Source of the DNA: a bacterium
Lineage (GTDB): Bacteria > Bacteroidota > Ignavibacteria > Kapaibacteriales > UBA7675
DNA length: 40,450 nt
Assembly (NCBI GenBank): GCA_030426285.1
Contig: JAUHYX010000001.1
Coordinates: 1 to 40,450, forward strand
Reading direction: 5' to 3'
Below are positions 34,997 to 40,450 of this stretch, in pieces. Under the pieces are notes generated by a model. That model was not told the origin of the DNA. It ran no database searches and was given only the letters and a program-made list of their open reading frames with translations. The position numbers and the translations under genes are program-made. Positions within the stretch are counted from its first letter, which is position 1. Each line of letters starts with the position of its first letter.

Positions 34997-36460
34997 CTAT
35001 TGTTGTACCTGAAAGGCGTGTTTCAGCGATAGGTATCCTACAACACCAAAACCAAAGAAGAACATGAGCTGAAATGGAATAGCTGCAATTTCCATGTAAT
35101 GTAAGGAAGCTCCAACTCCAACCAAGAAGTACAATGCCAATGCTACTTCAAATACCGAAACTATGCCAATTTTGCGCCCAGCATATTTTTTTGACTTCCA
35201 CGAGTCTTGCGCTTTCTCAACCTTGTACTTTGGCGTGCGAATAAATGCAGACTTTATTCCAACTAAGCCTTCTAATACGGCCTTTGTATTGTTGACCGAA
35301 AGGCCCATTGACCCCGCCAAGAACAACGGAAACAAGAGAATTCGTCTTTGCCAGTCTGGATATACGTCACGCTGCGAATACATATACATTAGGAATGTTG
35401 AGATGGTAGCGACAACGAACACTGACATAAACATGAAAAAATCGTTCAACTCAGCAAACTCATTTTTTATGACAACGAGCGGAACGTTGAGTATCGCTAC
35501 GAGAAGAATGAGTGGAAACACAATATTTGAGCCCAAATGGAATGTCGACTCAATTTTGTGAATGAGAGGCACTTTTGATTTCCAGACAGCCGGCAAATGC
35601 TTGCGCGCCGTCTCAATCGCTCCTTTTGTCCAACGAAACTGCTGAGATTTCAACGCATTGATTTCAGCCGGCAATTCGGCTGGAGAGGTGACATTGTTTA
35701 AATACTTAAATTTCCAGCCCTTCATTTGAGCGCGATAACTTAAGTCTAAATCTTCAGTGAGCGTATCGCTCTGCCAGTTTCCAGCATCCTCGATGCACTC
35801 TTTGCGCCACACACCTGCTGTGCCATTAAAATTGATGAAAAAACCGGCCTTATTCCTGACCTGTTGTTCAACAACAAAGTGGCCATCGAGGGCAAGTGCC
35901 TGTGCACGTGTTAGGTATGAGTAGTCTTCGTTGATATGTTCCCAACGAGTTTGTACCATGCCAACTTTGGCATCGCTCTCCAGATACGGTATAGTCTTTT
36001 TGAGAAACTCCGCTTTGGGAACGAAATCGGCATCAAAAATTGCAACATACTCGCCTTGACAACATTCTAAGCCACCCTTTAATGCTCCGGCCTTGAATCC
36101 GGCCCTGTCAACACGGTGAATTTGCTTGATGTTGAATCCGCGTTTTGCATACTCTTCAACTGTTGCAGCAACCAGTTCCTTGGTCTCATCTGTAGAGTCG
36201 TCTAACACTTGTATCTCAAGCGACTCTTTTGGCCAATCTATGTTAGAAACGGCCTCAATTATACGCTCAGCAACATATACTTCATTGTATAGCGGTATCT
36301 GTACAGTAACAACTGGGAAGCTCGCCCCTTCAGACATTTCAATTGCTTGAGATTCTTCAGGCGATTTATGGTAGAAATAAATAAGTAGTAGACCGTGCAA
36401 TCCAAAGACGCACAACACAGTCAAACAAACGAAGTATAAGCCGAGTATCAGTAGTTCCAT
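34997..36460 (-). CDS. Processive family-2 glycosyltransferase, plant CslA/CslC-like (CESA_CaSu_A2-like) beta-glycan synthase
   Basis: 487 aa with an N-terminal TM helix and about four C-terminal TM helices. VTVQIPLYNE, QVLDDSTDET, AIFDADF, MVQTRWEHIN, FNGTAGVWR, TEDLDLSYRAQMKGWKF and QQFRWTKG (QxxRW) line up with the D, DxD, TED and QxxRW motifs of the cellulose-synthase superfamily, and closely with CslA-type mannan/glucomannan synthases as I remember them. Confidence 0.8.
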   Translation of the reverse strand: MELLILGLYFVCLTVLCVFGLHGLLLIYFYHKSPEESQAIEMSEGASFPVVTVQIPLYNEVYVAERIIEAVSNIDWPKESLEIQVLDDSTDETKELVAATVEEYAKRGFNIKQIHRVDRAGFKAGALKGGLECCQGEYVAIFDADFVPKAEFLKKTIPYLESDAKVGMVQTRWEHINEDYSYLTRAQALALDGHFVVEQQVRNKAGFFINFNGTAGVWRKECIEDAGNWQSDTLTEDLDLSYRAQMKGWKFKYLNNVTSPAELPAEINALKSQQFRWTKGAIETARKHLPAVWKSKVPLIHKIESTFHLGSNIVFPLILLVAILNVPLVVIKNEFAELNDFFMFMSVFVVATISTFLMYMYSQRDVYPDWQRRILLFPLFLAGSMGLSVNNTKAVLEGLVGIKSAFIRTPKYKVEKAQDSWKSKKYAGRKIGIVSVFEVALALYFLVGVGASLHYMEIAAIPFQLMFFFGFGVVGYLSLKHAFQVQQ

Positions 36461-36544
36461 TCAGTACACGCCATATTATTGTGACGCAATTTTTCAAGGC
36501 AGAAAAATTCAAACAGCAAAGATACTAAATATCGGCGGATAAAT

Positions 36545-37060
36545 TTACCAACCGGAAACGACTGCGAGAACGACGTCCTCTGCAATGTACTCTAAGAGCT
36601 CCTGCACGGCCTCATCGCGCGCGGCTTGCCCTCCCGAGACAGAAAATGTGGTTTTTTGTGTGAATTGTTTTGTCCACAATTCTCGTTGCTTCACATTGTC
36701 GAAGTATTCACCCCGCACTGTGACAGTTACACTTCGATCCGTCTCAGTTTCTGTTTGTGCCGACCCGGCGCTTGATTCAGTTATTGAAGCAACCGAAAGT
36801 GAAATGGTCGCATCGCCTTGAGATTCCGTCAATGACAGTGTGCTGTTGCCTTCAAACTCATCGACCAATTGGTCAAGAAAAACCTGTTTATACAATGGCG
36901 GGTTGCCAAATTGTGCATCTACATTCACTTCAGCGATGTTGATTGTTTGAAGATGCGCCGGCACACTTGCACCCGTAAACGAGTAGCATGCGTGCAGTAC
37001 CAGACATACCATCACAAGGCCAACTGTAATAGCAACTCGGCTTGTATTGGTGCTTGTCAC
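36545..37060 (-). CDS. lptE: LptE-like LPS-assembly lipoprotein (Bacteroidetes type)
   Basis: The lipobox-like LHAC is followed by YSFTGASVP...TINIAEV...GNPPLYKQVFLDQLVDEF...GDATISLSV...VTVTVRGEYFDN...W...F and a C-terminal ...VVLAVVSGW. This matches the C-(G)YxFxGxS...RLTIxVxVxFxN...W layout of FCB-group LptE. The GTG start overlaps the upstream stop (GTGA). Confidence 0.65.
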   Translation of the reverse strand: MTSTNTSRVAITVGLVMVCLVLHACYSFTGASVPAHLQTINIAEVNVDAQFGNPPLYKQVFLDQLVDEFEGNSTLSLTESQGDATISLSVASITESSAGSAQTETETDRSVTVTVRGEYFDNVKQRELWTKQFTQKTTFSVSGGQAARDEAVQELLEYIAEDVVLAVVSGW

Positions 37061-37689
37061 AACAACGCCTCGCGCACGAATGGATTAGCTTTTTGTTCTC
37101 TTTCAACTGTAGTGTTCGGCCCATGCCCAGGATACAACTTCGTTGCAGGTGCATATGTTGAGACGAGCAACTTGATTGACTGCATCAATGTTTGGTAGTC
37201 ACCGCCAGGTAAATCTGTTCTGCCAACACTCCCTTTGAAGATTGTGTCTCCCACAATTACGTTCTCTCCTAGTTGAAAGCAGACTCCGCCTTCAGTATGG
37301 CCAGGCGTACGCAATACCTCAATAACAAATGAGCCAACTTGCATACTCTTCTCTTCACCTATGAAACGCGCATTAGTGACAGGTTCAATAGTGAACGGCA
37401 ATGGCCACCCCGTGTACTTCATAGGTTCCACAAGCCTGTAGTTGTCTGGTTCGTCAATAAAAATTGGGATGTCAGAAAATGTTGCCGCATCTGCAGTATG
37501 GTCCCAATGTGAATGTGTCAGCATGAGTGCCCGCAAATTGAGGCGCAATTCTTTACATGTTTCTCTTACCCACGACTCACACCCGAGCGGAGCATCAAAA
37601 ACCAAACAATCGCGTGTATCTATGTCGATTGCGATAAAACAGTTTGTTTCAACAGGCCCGAACGTTTTTCCAAGTATCTCAATATTCAT
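37057..37689 (-). CDS. MBL-fold metallo-hydrolase (glyoxalase II-like)
   Basis: LMLTHSHWDHTAD (HxHxDH), TPGHTEGG and the C-terminal YPGHGPNTTV, 210 aa. Confidence 0.85.
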   Translation of the reverse strand: MNIEILGKTFGPVETNCFIAIDIDTRDCLVFDAPLGCESWVRETCKELRLNLRALMLTHSHWDHTADAATFSDIPIFIDEPDNYRLVEPMKYTGWPLPFTIEPVTNARFIGEEKSMQVGSFVIEVLRTPGHTEGGVCFQLGENVIVGDTIFKGSVGRTDLPGGDYQTLMQSIKLLVSTYAPATKLYPGHGPNTTVEREQKANPFVREALL

Positions 37690-37806
37690 GAATTTGCCGA
37701 AAAAGGGTTAGTTTAGTGTTCTTTGTACTTGTCTTGATCGACGAGTACAATCTCCACAAAGATACTAATCAGTTAAACGAATAGAACTCATATTCGGAGG
37801 TGTTTC

Positions 37807-38985
37807 GTGAAAGACACAGTGATTCTTTCCGCTGCCCGTACTCCAATCGGCGCTTTTTTAGGCTCTCTTTCAACAGTTTCTGCCCCTGCTTTGGGTGCAA
37901 CAGCAATTTCTGCAGCTCTAGAACGCGCCGGCGTTCAGCCAGATCAAGTGAGCGAAGTTATCATGGGAAATGTGCTGACCGCAGGTGTAGGACAAGCTCC
38001 AGCACGACAAGCCTCAATTGGTGCTGGCATTCCAAATTCTGTGCCAGCAATGACAATTAACAAGGTGTGCGGAAGCGGCCTTAAATCTGTTATGCTTGCC
38101 GACCAAGCAATAAAGTGTGGCGACGCAGAGATTGTTGTTGCAGGTGGACAAGAGTCTATGTCAAATGCACCTCACATCCTCAAAGGCGCTCGCAATGGCA
38201 TCAAAATGGGTAATGGCGCTCTAGTTGATTCTATGATTGCAGATGGCTTGTGGGATGTGTATAACGACTACCATATGGGCAATGCTGCTGAATTGTGTGC
38301 TTCCGAATGCTCAATTCCGCGTGCAGATCAAGATGAATACACAATTGCTAGCTACAACAGAGCGATTGAAGCTCAAAAGAATGGTTGGTTCAACGATGAA
38401 ATCACACCTGTTGAAGTGAAGTCACGCAAAGGCAGCATTTCTGTAACTGAAGACGAAGAACCTCAGCGAGTAAAGTTTGAGAAGATTCCAGATTTGAGAC
38501 CTGTGTTCCAGAAAGATGGGACGGTTACTGCAGCAAATGCAAGTACGATTGATGATGGTGCGTCTGCACTCGTCGTCACTTCAGCAGAAAAGGCGGCCGA
38601 AATGGGTAAAAAACCAATGGCGCGCATTGTTGCCCAAGCTTCTTTTGCTCATGCTCCTGAGTGGTTCACAACGGCACCTGTTGATGCGATTAAACGCGTA
38701 TGTGAAAAGGCTGGTTTGAAAATCGAAGATATCGACTTGTTCGAAATCAATGAGGCCTTTGCTGTTGTGGCGCTTGCTGCTAAAAATCAGCTCGATCTGC
38801 CGTTAGACAAAATCAATGTGCACGGTGGTGCAATTGCTCTTGGTCACCCAATTGGTGCATCAGGGGCGCGTATCCTAACCACCTTGCTGTACGCCCTGAA
38901 ACGCCACAACAAGCGCTATGGCCTTGCAACTCTTTGCATCGGTGGCGGTGAGGCAAGTGCATTGATCGTTGAAAATCTAGACTAA
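37807..38985 (+). CDS. Acetyl-CoA C-acetyltransferase (thiolase II)
   Basis: [28 protein letters not shown] (active-site Cys), [21 protein letters not shown] and CIGGGEA, 392 aa, GTG start. Confidence 0.92.
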   Translation: MKDTVILSAARTPIGAFLGSLSTVSAPALGATAISAALERAGVQPDQVSEVIMGNVLTAGVGQAPARQASIGAGIPNSVPAMTINKVCGSGLKSVMLADQAIKCGDAEIVVAGGQESMSNAPHILKGARNGIKMGNGALVDSMIADGLWDVYNDYHMGNAAELCASECSIPRADQDEYTIASYNRAIEAQKNGWFNDEITPVEVKSRKGSISVTEDEEPQRVKFEKIPDLRPVFQKDGTVTAANASTIDDGASALVVTSAEKAAEMGKKPMARIVAQASFAHAPEWFTTAPVDAIKRVCEKAGLKIEDIDLFEINEAFAVVALAAKNQLDLPLDKINVHGGAIALGHPIGASGARILTTLLYALKRHNKRYGLATLCIGGGEASALIVENLD

Positions 38986-39029
38986 CTTGAAAACAGCATA
39001 TATCTAACAAACGCAAAGGTTTATTTTTC

Positions 39030-40415
39030 ATGCATAAGGTAGTTCTGATCAAAGGTGATGGCATCGGCCCTGAGATTGCAGATGCAGTTGTTGAGATTCT
39101 GGCAGCAGCCCAAGCACCTCTCGAATTTGTAGAACACAAAGCAGGCCTTTCTTGTATCGAAGAGTGTCCGTCAGGACTTCCTGAAGAGACTCTCGACGCT
39201 ATCAAAGAACACGGCTTGGCGTTGAAAGGTCCTACAACAACTCCTATTGGAACAGGTCACAAATCTGTGAATGTGACACTGCGTAAGAAGCTTGACTTGT
39301 ACGCGAATGTGCGCCCTGCGAGAACACTTCCGGGTGTAAAGACTCGTTTTGATAATGTTGATCTCATTATCGTTCGCGAGAATGTGGAAGACACATATGC
39401 AGGTGTTGAACACTCCCAAACTCCAAATGTTGCGCAAGGTCTTAAGTTGATTACGAGACCGGGGAGCATGAAAATTGCTCGTTATGCTTTTGAAATGACA
39501 AAGGCAATTGGTCGCAAAACCGTGACAGCATACCACAAAGCCAATATTCACAAGGCAACAGATGGCTTGTTCCTTGAATCGTTTAAGCAAGTTGCTTCAG
39601 AGAATTCAGATGTTGAGAGCAACGATATCCTTGTCGACAATGCTTGTATGCAGCTTGTTTCTAGACCCGAGCAATTCGACGTTCTAGTTGGTCCAAACCT
39701 TTACGGCGATATCCTTTCGGATTTGTGCGCTGGTTTGGTAGGTGGACTCGGCGTTGCTCCTGGCGCGAATATCGGGGACAATTGTGCGGTATTTGAGGCA
39801 GTTCACGGAAGTGCACCAGATATTGCCGGAAAAGGACTAGCCAATCCAACGGCTTTGTTGCAGTCTGCAATCATGCTGCTACAACACTTGGGCTACACTG
39901 GTATTGCTGAACTTGTTAATGCAGCTATGATTGCCACTATGGAAGCTGGAATTCGCACCAAAGATTTGGGCGGCGAAGCAAATACAGCTGAATTTACGCA
40001 GGCAATAGTCGAGCGCATTGAAGCGATGAAAGGCGAATATTCACTCGACCGTTCAGAAGCTGCCCAAATTTCAGTTTCTACTGAGAACATCACTAAAGAT
40101 GCTGACGTAAAGGTTGTTGGTGTTGACGTGTTCGTTCGTTCAAACGGAATGCCTCAAGCTCCAAAGACAGTCGGTAATCTCTCACTTCAAATGATGTCAA
40201 ACCGCGGCACCAAGGTTTTTCCTGGACCAACTCCAGATGGCATGCTCGTAGATGCATTCTGCTGTCGTTATCGCACTGAGCAGGGCGATGTGTCTAATGA
40301 GGAAATTTCTGCGTTGATCAATGCTATTTCTGAAGCAGGCCTACCGTGGGTGCATATCGAGAAATTGCAGACATTTGATGGTGAACAGGCTTTTAGCAAG
40401 GCTCAAGGCGAATAA
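39030..40415 (+). CDS. Isocitrate/isopropylmalate-family dehydrogenase (NAD-dependent IDH3-like) with a ~129-aa C-terminal extension
   Basis: VVLIKGDGIGPEI, NVTLRKKLDLYANVRP, IVRENVEDTYAG, GPNLYGDILSDLCAGLVGGLGVAPGANIG and FEAVHGSAPDIAGKGLANP are canonical. The fold normally ends near aa ~335; here 461 aa. Confidence 0.85.
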   Translation: MHKVVLIKGDGIGPEIADAVVEILAAAQAPLEFVEHKAGLSCIEECPSGLPEETLDAIKEHGLALKGPTTTPIGTGHKSVNVTLRKKLDLYANVRPARTLPGVKTRFDNVDLIIVRENVEDTYAGVEHSQTPNVAQGLKLITRPGSMKIARYAFEMTKAIGRKTVTAYHKANIHKATDGLFLESFKQVASENSDVESNDILVDNACMQLVSRPEQFDVLVGPNLYGDILSDLCAGLVGGLGVAPGANIGDNCAVFEAVHGSAPDIAGKGLANPTALLQSAIMLLQHLGYTGIAELVNAAMIATMEAGIRTKDLGGEANTAEFTQAIVERIEAMKGEYSLDRSEAAQISVSTENITKDADVKVVGVDVFVRSNGMPQAPKTVGNLSLQMMSNRGTKVFPGPTPDGMLVDAFCCRYRTEQGDVSNEEISALINAISEAGLPWVHIEKLQTFDGEQAFSKAQGE

Positions 40416-40450
40416 CCTTGTTGCCACGATTCTACTAGATTTTTTGAGTA

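Noticed and set aside
1-40450. Mobile elements, integrases, tRNA/rRNA genes, toxin-antitoxin pairs or recognisable phage-defence genes
   Set aside because: None of the translated ORFs shows transposase, integrase, restriction-modification, Cas, abortive-infection or toxin motifs I can recognise. No tRNA-like cloverleaf or long terminal inverted repeats were noticed.

Overview
A 40.45-kb bacterial chromosomal window, about 45-50% GC outside one GC-richer gene. Family content points to the FCB group (Bacteroidota, Ignavibacteriota, Rhodothermota and relatives): a T9SS-type C-terminal sorting tail, a Bacteroidetes-style LptE, and DUF3109-, DUF3127- and DUF4296-like proteins. Several genes nevertheless have clear Shine-Dalgarno sites. 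I support about 27 protein genes and see no rRNA, tRNA, CRISPR array, transposase or integrase. Housekeeping genes include rplS, ribE, rpoN, a PduO-type adenosyltransferase, ymdB, a thiolase, an NAD-IDH-like dehydrogenase, an FKBP isomerase and a YihY-family protein. 40% of the window is one minus-strand ORF (17687..34003, 5438 aa). It encodes a signal-peptide-bearing, Thr/Ala/Val/Gly/Ser-rich protein of roughly 40-45 Ig-like modules in at least five repeat families, and it ends in two He_PIG-like domains and a dockerin-like repeat pair. It lies in a long same-strand cluster: MBL hydrolase, LptE, plant-CslA-like GT2 synthase, orphan lipoprotein, giant protein, strong terminator, methyltransferase, secreted Cys-rich protein. 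I consider this cluster the best candidate for an undescribed surface/matrix system. Two other items stand out. One is a DUF3127 OB-like protein with an SSB-style Q/P-rich linker and a DDDLPF tip. The other is a tightly overlapping operon of ymdB, a flbD-like gene, an OMP, an RsbW-like kinase and a GT-C glycosyltransferase. All family calls rest on motif recognition by eye; no searches were run.
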